DNA of 64,000 nt from Basidiobolus meristosporus CBS 931.73 (GCA_002104905.1 MCFE01000169.1:62001-126000), one strand, 5' to 3'; counted from the stretch's first letter, positions 43,501 to 53,419 are shown. The notes: generated from the letters alone by a model not told the origin. Numbers and translations: made by a program.

Positions 43501-44649
43501 AAGACACTAGGCCAGCTTGTAGAAAAGTGAGTGAATCTGCCTGATTCCAACCAAAAGGTCTAGTCAGAATACTAGCTATTATGCAAGGTATCATTTATTG
43601 ATGCGTAACTAGCAACCCTTTAGTTCCAAACCATGATGGCTACCAAATCAGAAAGCATTACACGTGGTGTCCAGTGCATATGTATTCTACTGCAAAGATA
43701 TATATTTACCTGTAGCTTTGTACCAGTAAATACTTTATATATTACTAAAGGTCCTTCATTGTCATCAGAATCCAAGTGAGTAGGGCATTGAGTGACACTG
43801 TATATTGGGCAATGCTCTAATGCATCAAAGCTGCACTATATATTTGCCTCTTTGTTGCATCTGGACATCCTTGAAGCGTTGATTGGGTGACATGTCTTTA
43901 TTTCCAAAGTGCTAAAATAAGCATGGACAGCAAAGCACATATTCCATAACTTGAATTATGGGACATAATTCACTTGGTCTGTTGCCTCTAGTGCTGTTGG
44001 CAAAGCGGCTTCTTTGGCAACAGAGATTTCAAACAGAGAAGTTGCATTCCAGGTACTGGCAGTGCCTGGTGGAGTTTGGGGCTTTCAGCATATTGATGAC
44101 ACCATTGAGGTGTGGAGTCAAGGAGATATGTGTTATAAGTGCCAAACCGGAGTGATATTTCAAATGAGGAAATGTGTAGTGCCTTTACCAATGATAAAGT
44201 TGTAGCTAAGTGCAAGAAAAAGGCAAGAACTAAGCAACCCCCAGGCTGAGATGCCACCTACACCAGTGGTCCAGCCTTGACTGATGCAATGCAAATACCC
44301 CCAGTCCCAAGTAGCAGCGCAGTCCCTAGCAGCATATCCCCAACCCCTAGTTGCAGCATATTGCCTTGTGTGCAAGATGACAACAATACAACCAAAGGAA
44401 TGAATACCCTACCAGAGTGGTTGCACAACTGGGTGACTACCAGCAAAGCTGAGGCAGATGGCAGCGTACTCAACCATGAGTATCATTGTGTGATTCAATT
44501 TATTGAAGACCTCTGTATGGTGATCAACAAAGGAAGCCAAAAACAGGTTTGTTGCACACCTATTGTGGATATCAGCTTGATGGCTCAACATAGGTACCAT
44601 ATCAGTGATAGGACAGAAGATCCCATTGAGGCAATGTTGAATCTGGGTG

Positions 44650-44946
44650 AAGAATAAACCTCACTTTATATACAGTGATGCCTTTGTGATATTATGTTAA
44701 TGGAGTACTGTGCATATGGGGGCTTGCAAAATGTACTGCAGCTTTGCAAAACACACAGGTGTTTTCTTTAATTGATCATCCAGAATTCAAGTCTCAATAA
44801 GCACACCAGATGTTCTCTACAGCCAAGCCAGGTGTGGAGCATATTTGTGCAGGTTGTTTGTGCAGTTCATTGGTGTCATGTTGGGTACAGACAGCAGAAT
44901 GGTGCCATCCTCATCCATTGCAACATCAAACCAGAGAATAGTAAGT
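44650..44946 (+). pseudogene. NIMA/Nek2-like Ser/Thr kinase fragment with introns and a destroyed catalytic loop
   Basis: MEYCAYGGLQNVLQLCKTH (from 44700), 51-nt GT..AG intron 44759-44809, then RCSLQPSQVWSIFVQVVCAVHWCHVG..ILIHCNIKPEN, then donor GTAAGT at 44941. HRD is replaced by HCN. Confidence 0.7.
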
Positions 44947-45604
44947 GTGAAGTGAGGGTTTTACTACAATGCTAAATCTGTATTGTACATTTGGGTTGAA
45001 TAAATAGTATAAGTTGATGGTTCACAGTGTTCAACATTAAATCTCAAATGCAGCATAATAGAGCAATTATTGGTCACCCAAGCTGCCCACTGCACCAGCA
45101 CTCCATGGTGACACACTGGATGTTTATTGGAACTTTCTGCATCAAGTCAACAATGAGAGTGACTCCAGCAATCAACCATCATGTAGACGTTGCCAACAAT
45201 GCCAATGAAGCCATATATGGAGGCAGATATTAATTGACCCTTTTACATGTTAAAGCTAGTTTGAATAAAATAAGGAAATTGTTTAAGCTTAATTATGGTT
45301 GTCTACACCAAGCGTATTTATCATTAGCTCTTTGAGTATTAAGAATATCTGGTATCAGCCCGTAAACAATTGCAGTGTATGTCAGCTATATTTGGAGGGC
45401 GGCACTACTATTGTGTTATCTTAAAATGTGTATTAAGAACAGTGATCAAACGTCAATGCTAGTTGAAGTGCAGATGAGCTTTGACAGTACTCAATGGTGG
45501 TTACTGCCTCAAATTGCTCATACCAGTTGTTGTACTTAGCACTCTTCACCTGCATCAGCATTTTTGCATAGCAAAAGCAAGAGGCTATGTTTATCTCTTT
45601 GGTG

Positions 45605-45880
45605 CTCACCAAACACAAGCATATTCCCATCATCCGTGCATTCCTAATGGTCTGAAGATTTTAGTATGGACTCAGGTGCAGCCAAAGGATACCAATGGGG
45701 CAAGTGCCTTCATCTCTTCCTCAAAGCCTGAGAGATGTACATAGGTCCCAGCCAACCAAGGATGAAGACGCTTGTGCCAGAAAGGGCAGGGCAAATATTG
45801 GTGGTGACAACGTCACAAGTGCTATGGTGGTTGTTGGAAATATGGAGGATTTGTATGGAATTATAGGTGTGTTTTGAATT
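45605..45880 (+). pseudogene. Highly decayed relic related to the family A Gly/Arg-rich prepropeptide
   Basis: By-eye similarity to 52970-53419 and 52422-52604 (CTAATGGTC; GTGCCTTCATCTCT; GCCAACCAAGGATGAAGACGCT; AGGGCAG..GCTATGGTGGTT). No ATG; multiple stops. Confidence 0.55.
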
Positions 45881-46962
45881 ACTAACCTACCACGTTGTAC
45901 TGTTAAGCTTACTTGCAATATTGCCATCCTCTACAGCTTTGAAGAGATGCTCAATAAGTGTCATTTATGCATACTCTTGCTGCTTGCCCACTCGTATTTG
46001 TTTACGTGAGCAATATTCGACAATTTCACATAAGAATCTCTCTGCTATGGCTAGCTTAGTCGCTTATTGCTGTGGAAGACAGAAGGAAAAGTGGTTGTAT
46101 GCTAGCTGCGGTGTTTGCCTCCAAAATACACAACATCATTCGACTGAAACCCACCAATTCCGAGAAGTTTCATGGATGGGATTTCAATCAACCTCCATCT
46201 TGGCCGAAAACAGTGCTAAGCTTTATTCGAGCAATCAACAGTCACTAGTTACGTCCAGTCGAGCTGGACATTAATTACATACTAATTTGAGCTGACTCGC
46301 AGGCTAAGAAAGAGTGAATGGCTATGGGTATCTACTGATGCTGTCTGCTCATAGCGGATAAGACTTTACTAGTGCCATGGTGAGCAAAGATCAAGTGATA
46401 TAGTTGCGCTTTCTTTACAACCATAAATGTTAGGCCGGATTGAATGCATGCATAGTGTGATGAAGGGCCATGGTAGTTGTTAGAAATCTCTTTGCTCGAC
46501 TTGATTTAATATAGGAATCTCTTTGCTTGACTTGCATTGTGATTTGTTTTCATGAGCGAGTGTTTGTGCAGTGGTTGTTTCCGGAATGTACTACATCATT
46601 TGACTGCATATCAATTAGCCATGTATATAAGCTAATGTCGAGCATTCAATATTCTCAATTTACTGTCAACTCACCGTTCTGTTCACAACAGCAAGCCCCT
46701 CTCCAACAGAACGGTGACTCAGCTCCCACGCCCCAATTGGCTCAAGCTATATAAATAAAATTCAGCATCATCATTACTTGGCATGTAACTTGAACGGGAT
46801 TGCCTCATATGGTTGTTGGCATATTATCAATACTAAACAATGGTTGAAACAATGGTTGAAATCCAGTTTTAATTGAACTTACAAAGGGCCATTGTTCGAG
46901 CCGTCATCTGATCATATTGGAGTGAAGTTTTCGCTATAAAGGGACAATGGCTTGACACTGTT

Positions 46963-47250
46963 ATGCAAACCATGGTGCAAGCCCAGGACCGTATCTATAG
47001 AGAAAGAGCCATGCTGGTTCTTCGCGTGGTGTGCGAGGTATTCTCAGCAACACATGGGCTGCAGGAGCTAACGATGGAGAATGGTGAAGTAGTAGCAAAG
47101 TTTAAAGGGAAGCCAGCTATGCGTAGGAATATAGACTCACCTCTGGAGACTTCGCCTGCTTGTGAAGCCTTGACAGCCATTGTGTTTGAACCTAAAGCTA
47201 GCACATCCCAAGCTGGCTTGGGCAAATGAATAAACATCCTGTTGCAGAAG
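46963..47250. other. Coding-like segment of unknown identity, duplicated at about 60110-60320
   Basis: Plus frames THGLQELTMENGEVVAKFKGKPAMRRNIDSPLETSPACEAL and THGLQKLMLENGKVSIKFKGKPVMCRNLNKPLETSPACEAL differ at many third positions. An overlapping minus ORF shares the same wobble positions, so strand is unresolved. Confidence 0.4.
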
Positions 47251-47559
47251 GAACAGCGTTGTGTTTATTAGAATTCACAAAGTGTTATAAAGGTGCGTGC
47301 CCAGCGAGGTATAAGGCATTCTCGGGTAGCTTAATCTGTAATACGTATAGATAGTGTGTACACATAGTATGTATAGATAGATGCAATTTAAGTATCACAA
47401 TATAGCGATTAAATAGTATGACGACTCAGCCACAATTGATTCAACATCATAGTTGGGCTGTACTTGAATCCTATTGATAAGAAACAACAGTCAAAATTCT
47501 GATTTAATTCGTGAACTTACCACAACATAATGGTCACTTTAGCTGCGACTTGTGGTGTT

Positions 47560-47700
47560 ATATACTGGTTACATACTTAGTAGTGCACCAGAGGATTGTG
47601 CTGAAGTTGGCTGATGAATAAGGTGAACATTACAAGCGATTTTATATGGAATTAGCCCGGCTTGTAAGGAAAAACAGGCTGAGCTATCATGATGCTGAAG
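47560..47700 (-). pseudogene. Family B relic: intron donor, 3' part of exon 1 and promoter; start codon deleted
   Basis: GTTACATACTTAGTAGTGCACCAGAGGATTGTGCTGAAGTTGG matches 51730-51770 and joins directly to the promoter block (..GCGATTTTATA..TTAGCCCGGCTTGTAAGG). Confidence 0.7.
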
Positions 47701-48274
47701 CGGAATATCTTATATTTATACCATAATATTGTATTCACCCCGAATATAAGCACTGGTGAGCGCGATCTAGGTGTAAATAAAGCGTCGTAGTTTCTGTTAC
47801 ACTGAGGCTATTAGTATTAAGTGCATACATAGTTTGTTCGGGGTATAAGGATGAAGGATAATATTGAGCGGTTACATAAGTATCGCCCATGTGTTCATCT
47901 CTTAGTGGTAGTGAAAGAACACGATAACCAGTATGTGATTGATAACGAAAAGATATACAAGAGGTATCCTTTAGTTATGCAAGATATAGGCCAATTTTTG
48001 AGGCTCTCTTTTGAGGCTCTCGCTGCATTTCTACACATTTCCGTTTACTAGAAAAATACTAGCCACTTTCATATAACATGGTATAGGAATCTCTCTACCA
48101 TCACCAGCATTATGGTGACAGAAATCACGTGTTTGTACTTCGAAATATACTACATTGTTCGGCTGACGCCCATCAATTTCGTGAAGCTTCCTAAATGCGA
48201 TGTCTGTTAACCTTCATCTCGTATCTGTATATAAAGGCTGGTGCTGAGCTTTATTGGATTGCTCAACATTCACA

Positions 48275-48711
48275 ATGTACAACCATTTTACCGCAGCTTG
48301 TGCTCTATTGATGGTCGTCAGTGCCTTTGGAAGTCCCGTAGATGTGTCAAGCACAAATGTAGCGAGCGCATCCATCTCCGATAGGAACAAGTGGTGAAGA
48401 GGTTCTCGTCCAACAAGGAAGAGGAGGCGCAGAATATTCGGCACTATATTGATGGCATTCTCGGCCAGATGTCAAGGAATATTTTCGACCAGACTCTCTC
48501 GGATAAGCAAGACGCCGACCAAGATGTCGAGGAAGAGGAGGGCAATCCAGAAGAGGCCCAGCTATGGGGGAGATACGGTGGATACGGGCGGCGGAGGGGC
48601 AGATACTGGGGACGAGGACGCTACGGTCGCTACGGTGGTTATGGAGGTCGATGGGGATATGGACGCTACGGGGGATATGGAGGGTATGGTGGATGCGACT
48701 GGGGTTGCTGA
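48275..48711 (+). pseudogene. Family A copy 1: frameshifted by a 13-nt deletion near 48388; downstream pro-region and mature peptide frame intact
   Basis: ATG 48275 gives MYNHFTAACALLMVVSAFGSPVDVSSTNVASASISDRNKW* (stop 48395-48397). Second frame 48391-48711 is intact. TATATAAA at 48228-48235. Confidence 0.8.
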
Positions 48712-48836
48712 ATAATAAGAATCAAGGCTTTTATTCACTCCAACAACACCACTTGTCTGTGTGCTTAAATAAAGTACCGTTGCATTTTGTCTATTGATAG
48801 TGAATGGCCATGTGATTATGACTCTTATTGAGAGTG

Positions 48837-49116
48837 CTAGCTGGCAGAGACTCTCACTGCTCCAACGGTCACTTCTTTTCCGTACTTCGCGATGTGTATC
48901 TCGAGTTGTTTGGAGGTAATTGTAGCAATCCTGTTCCTTTTACGGTTGCAATCCTGTATGGAAGGGTACCTGATCGCTTTGGCGAAGGTGCTGGGAGGTC
49001 CGGAAGTGATGCTTGCGGTATCTACCGGTTCGCAGATCACGTGCTGATATGAGCCGAGGTTGATATGCGGGTTGGCAGTGCCATGGTCAAGGAGCAGAAA
49101 CGGTATTGAATCGCAT
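48837..49116 (-). pseudogene. Family B copy with a 146-nt internal deletion (intron plus flanks) and frameshift
   Basis: ATG at 49116. Exon-2 remnant ICEPVDTASITSGPPSTFAKAIRYPSIQDCNRKRNRIATITSKQLEIHIAKYGKEVTVGAVRVSAS* is out of frame with the start. Confidence 0.75.
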
Positions 49117-49630
49117 TGTGTGTTTTTCTGTGTGTATGTCTGATGAAGAAGGTGAGCATTGCAAGCGATTTTATAGGAAATTATCCCGGCTTGTAAGGAG
49201 AGACAGGCTGAGCTACCATGATGAAGCAGAATATTCTATACTATTTGCCAAATTCGCTTTGCGCTAAGCACTTTATTTTTAAGGAGAAACTAGTGAACTC
49301 AAGTGATGATCCTTGTATTGTTCGATTGCACCAGGATGACTAGTGTTGGCCTGCATATGTGGCACGGATGATATGTGGCACGGATGCGTTGCCTCCTCAC
49401 TTCCATTAGTATCGTAACGCCAAATATGGTGAGTGCAATTTAGGCTTAAATAAAGTGATGTGGTTTCTGCTACACTTCAGCATGCTTAGTATTGCCCATT
49501 TGTAGCTCACTCATTCATCTCCTGATGAAGGAAGACAGATAGTGGTGGTCAAAGAAAAAGAGGACCAGTATGGGATTGATAACGTAAAAGACACACAAGA
49601 GGAGGCTCCATCTATCCTTTGGTATTCACC

Positions 49631-49768
49631 ATGCGCAAGCACTTTTCCATCGTCCTTATGCTTTTAAATTCCGGTTCAGTCAATGTGGTAAGTGTGTTCA
49701 TCTCTTCTCCAAAGCCGGGAAATGGTGTGTGGGTTCCAGCCAACCAGAGAAGATGCTCTCTTGTTTGA
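49631..49768 (+). pseudogene. Truncated MRKHFSIVL-type paralog (45-aa ORF) related to family A
   Basis: MRKHFSIVLMLLNSGSVNVVSVFISSPKPGNGVWVPANQRRCSLV*. Paralogous to 52422-52604 but lacks the Gly-rich tail. Confidence 0.55.
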
Positions 49769-50161
49769 GCTGCTAATCCATTACATCATGCTGTTAAGCT
49801 TACTATTAATACTGTCATCAAACACAACTCTAAATCATGCAAAATAAAGGCCGATTTTTGCGGCACTCTTTGGAGGCTCTCGCTACTTTTCTACCCATTT
49901 CCGGTTATGAGAGAAGTACCTACCACTTTCATGAAACACAGTATAGGCATCTTTATACCATGACTAGCATTGTTTATTGCGGTAGAAGGCAAACAGAAAT
50001 CGAGTATTTATACTTCAGCTGCGGTGGTTGCCTCCGAAATATACTACATCATTTGACTGAAGCTTCCTAGATGCGATATCTATAAGCCTCCGTCTTGTCC
50101 AAATGCTGTATCTGTATATAAAGGCTGGTGCTGAGCTTTATTAGAGTATTCGACTTTCACA

Positions 50162-50598
50162 ATGTACAAACAACTTACCGCAGCTTGTGCTCTATTAACG
50201 GTCGTCAGTGCCTTTGGAAGTCCCGTGGATGTGTCCAGCACAAATGTAGCGAGCGCATCCATCTCCGGTAGGAACAAGTGGTGAAGAAGTTCTCGTCTAA
50301 CAAGGAGGAGGATGCGCAAAATATTCGGCACTACATCGATGGCATTCTTGGCCAGATGTCAAGAAATGCGTTCGATTGGACCCTCTCGGATAAGCAAGAA
50401 GCCGACCAAGGAGTCGAGGAAGAGGAGGGTAATCCTGAAGAGGCCCAGCTATGGGGGAGATACGGCGGATATGGGCGGCGGAGGGGCAGATACTGGGGAC
50501 GAGGACGCTACGGTCGCTACGGTGGTTATGGAGGTCGGTGGGGATATGGACGCTACGGGGGATATGGAGGGTACGGTGGATGCGACTGGGGTTGCTGA
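50162..50598 (+). pseudogene. Family A copy 2: same 13-nt deletion and frameshift as copy 1; mature peptide frame intact
   Basis: ATG 50162, stop 50282-50284 (40 aa). Frame 50278-50598 is intact. TATATAAA at 50115-50122. Confidence 0.8.
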
Positions 50599-50722
50599 AT
50601 AACAAGGATCAAGGCTTTCATTCACTCCAACAACACAGCTTGTCTGTGTGCTTGAATAAAGTACCGTTGCATTTTATCTATCGTAGTGAATGGCCATGTG
50701 ATTATGACTCTTATTGAGAGTG

Positions 50723-51003
50723 CTAGCTGGCAGAGGCCCTCACTGCTCCAAAGGTCACTTCTTTTCCGTTCTTCGCGATGTGTATCTCGAGTTGTTTGGA
50801 GGTAATCGTAGCAATCCTGCTCCTTTTCCTGTTGCAATCTTGCAGAGAAGGGTACAGGATCGCATTGGCGAAGGTGCTGGGCGGTCCGAAAGTGATGCTT
50901 GCGGTATCTACCAGTTCGCAGATCACGTGTTGGCATGAGCCGAGGTTGATATGTGGGTTAGCAGTACCACGGTTAAGGAGCAGAGAACGGATTTGAATTG
51001 CAT
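50723..51003 (-). pseudogene. Family B deletion copy
   Basis: MQFKSVLCSLTVVLLTHISTSAHANT* then out-of-frame exon-2 remnant. Same deletion junction as the 48837 copy. Confidence 0.75.
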
Positions 51004-51398
51004 TGTGTGTGTTTCACCGCTGAATTGAATATTGAAGAGGATTGTATAAAGCTATAAGGAGATAAGCACGGTTGGCAAGGAGAGACAGGCAGAGTTACCA
51101 TGACAATGAAGGGGAATATTTGATTATTGGAAGAACGAATATGATGCCAATTCATCACGCTTACTTCAGTTTCTAGCCAAGAGAGCCCGTGCCTTGCTAT
51201 TAGTATCACAAAGACGTTGCGGTTGCTACGGAGGATACACTCCATTCACCTTTTGCTGGATAATCATAATGATATGTAGGCATATTCTAGGCTTTCGTTC
51301 ACTAGTCTGTTACAGTTGCTCTTTCATTCTGGCTGTGTATATCTAATGGGATGCATTCTTTGTAACTCCTGACTGAACAATGCGGTTTATTGAGGATG

Positions 51399-51825
51399 CT
51401 AGCTGACAGATACTCTTACTGCTCCAACAGTCACTTCTTTTCCGTTCTTCGCGATATGTACCTCGAGTTGTTTGGATGTTATAGCAGCAATCCTGTTCCT
51501 GCGATTGTTACAATCTTGCAGAGAAGGATACAAGATGGCTTGGGCAGAGGTACTGGGTGATTCAGGGGTGATGCTGGCAGTATCCACCGGTCCAAAGGTC
51601 ACGCGTTGGCATGAGCCAGCTGAGAATGGTAGTTGTTGTGCAGTATCTTCAGGAGTATTCACCAATTCTACATTGTAAGTATTTGGTTAGTAAGGCTCAC
51701 TGGTTGCGGCTAGTTGAGTTATATACTGATTACATACTTAGTAACGCACTAGAGGATTGTGCTGAAGTTGTTGTGCAGGCTAGTAGTGCCATGGTCAAGG
51801 AGCAGAAAACGGTACTGAATCGCAT
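51399..51825 (-). CDS. Family B intact gene: 118-aa small secreted protein, two exons (51825-51738, 51667-51399), two Cys in the mature part, unknown function
   Basis: Spliced product MRFSTVFCSLTMALLACTTTSAQSSSALLKLVNTPEDTAQQLPFSAGSCQRVTFGPVDTASITPESPSTSAQAILYPSLQDCNNRRNRIAAITSKQLEVHIAKNGKEVTVGAVRVSVS*. Exons of 88 + 269 nt give 119 codons. N-terminus is signal-peptide-like; TATA lies upstream; intron position is conserved in the 62529-62943 paralog. Confidence 0.8.
51668..51737 (-). other. 70-nt spliceosomal intron
   Basis: Donor GTATGT (51737-51732), branch point TACTAAC (51692-51686), acceptor TAG (51670-51668). Splicing restores one open frame. Confidence 0.85.
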
Positions 51826-51891
51826 TGTGTGTGCCTCGGTGTGTGTGCTTCTGTGTGTACGTCTGATGAACAAGGTGAGCATTGTAAGCGA

Positions 51892-51914
51892 TTTTATAGG
51901 AAATTAGCCCGGCT
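51892..51914 (-). promoter_or_regulatory. Family B TATA box (TATAAAA, 51898-51892) with adjacent palindrome AGCCCGGCT (51906-51914)
   Basis: About 70 nt upstream of the ATG. The block recurs at 47641-47662, 49170-49191 and 62992-63013. Confidence 0.6.
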
Positions 51915-52421
51915 TGTAAGGAGAGACAGGCTGAGCTACCATGATGAAGCGGAACATCCTGTACTATTGTATTCACTCCGAAATTTCCGAATTCGCTTTG
52001 GGCTAAGCATTTTTTTTAAAAGGAGAAACTATCGAACTCAAGCGAAGCTCCTTGTATTGTTCGATTACACTGGGATGACTAGTGTTGGCTTGCATATGTG
52101 GCACGGATGCGTTGCCTGCTCACTTCCATTAGTATCGTAACGCCGATTATGGTGAGTGCGATCTAGGCGTAAATAAAGCGTTGTAGTTTCTGTTACACTT
52201 CAGCTTTAAATTTTGAGTACATGCTTAGTATTGAGTGTTACACATAGGTATTACCCATTTGTAGCCCACTCATTCATCTCCTAGTGAAGGAATCAGATGG
52301 TGGTGATGACTTCTGGTGAAGAACGGCAAATGGTGGTGGTCGAACAAAAAGATGACCAGTGTGGGATTGATAACGTAAAAGATACACAAGAGTAGGCTCC
52401 GTTTATCCTTTGGTGCTCACC

Positions 52422-52604
52422 ATGCGCAAGTACTTTTCCATCGTTCTAATACTTTTTAATGTGACAAGTGTATCCATCTCTTCTCCAAAGCCAGGAAACG
52501 GTGTGTAGGAAGAAGGTGCTCGCACCAGAGAGGGCAGGTGACGAGGTCGTTATGGTCACTTCGGGGACTATGATGGTCGCTGGGAACTTGGAGGGTTTGC
52601 TTGA
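52422..52604 (+). pseudogene. MRKYFSIVL-type paralog of family A with two in-frame stops
   Basis: MRKYFSIVLILFNVTSVSISSPKPGNGV*EEGARTREGR*RGRYGHFGDYDGRWELGGFA* (61 codons). The tail resembles RGRYGRYGGYGGRW. Confidence 0.65.
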
Positions 52605-52922
52605 GCTGCTAATTTAATACATCATGCTGTTAAGCTTACTACCAATATTGCGATCATCCACAACTCTAAATCATGCAAAATAAATGACAATTTTTGAGGC
52701 TCTCTTTTGAGGCTCTCGCTGTTTATCTACCCATTTCCGTTTACGAGATAAATACTTGCCACTTTCATATAACATAGTATAGAAATCTCTATACCACGAC
52801 TAGTGTTGTTAACAGAAATCGAGTGTTCGTACTTTGGCTGCGGTGGTTGCCTCCGAAATATACTACATCATTTGACTGAAGCTTCTTAGATGCGATATCA
52901 ATCAACCTCCATCTTGTATGTG

Positions 52923-52930
52923 TATATAAA
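52923..52930 (+). promoter_or_regulatory. TATA box of the intact family A gene
   Basis: TATATAAA ends 40 nt before the ATG, with the same spacing at 48228, 50115 and 56425. Confidence 0.7.
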
Positions 52931-52969
52931 GACTGGTGCTGAGCTTTATTTGAGTATTCAACATTCACA

Positions 52970-53419
52970 ATGTACAAACAACTTACCGCAGCTTGTGCTC
53001 TACTAATGGTCGTCAGTGCCTTTGGAAGTCCCGTAGATGTGTCAAGCACAAATGTAGCGAGCGCATCCATCTCCGATAGGGATCCACAAAGTGGCCAAGT
53101 GGTGAAGAGGTTCTCGTCCAACAAGGAAGAGGATGCGCAGAATATTCGACACTACATCGACGGCATTCTCGGCCAGATGTCAAGAAATACGTTCGATCAG
53201 ACCCTCTCGGATAAGCAAGACGCCGACCAAGATGTCGAGGAAGAGGAGGGCAATCCAGAAGAGGCCCAGCTATGGGGGAGATACGGTGGATATGGGCGGC
53301 GGAGGGGCAGATACTGGGGACGAGGTCGCTACGGTCGCTACGGTGGTTATGGAGGTCGATGGGGATATGGACGCTACGGGGGATATGGAGGGTATGGTGG
53401 ATGCGACTGGGGTTGCTGA
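52970..53419 (+). CDS. Family A intact gene: 149-aa intronless secreted prepropeptide (signal about 1-19, acidic pro-region about 20-99, Gly/Arg/Tyr/Trp-rich cationic C-terminal peptide about 100-149 ending CDWGC)
   Basis: Full ORF with hydrophobic N-terminus ending AFG-SP, a KR site in the pro-region, an upstream TATA and a downstream AATAAA. Paralogs conserve the peptide. Confidence 0.9.
   Translation: MYKQLTAACALLMVVSAFGSPVDVSSTNVASASISDRDPQSGQVVKRFSSNKEEDAQNIRHYIDGILGQMSRNTFDQTLSDKQDADQDVEEEEGNPEEAQLWGRYGGYGRRRGRYWGRGRYGRYGGYGGRWGYGRYGGYGGYGGCDWGC

Noticed and set aside
40800-44250. Decayed coding-like sequence, possibly LINE RT or KDZ transposase
   Set aside because: Fragments such as AFDG and VHYGI are too short and inconsistently spaced to support a call.
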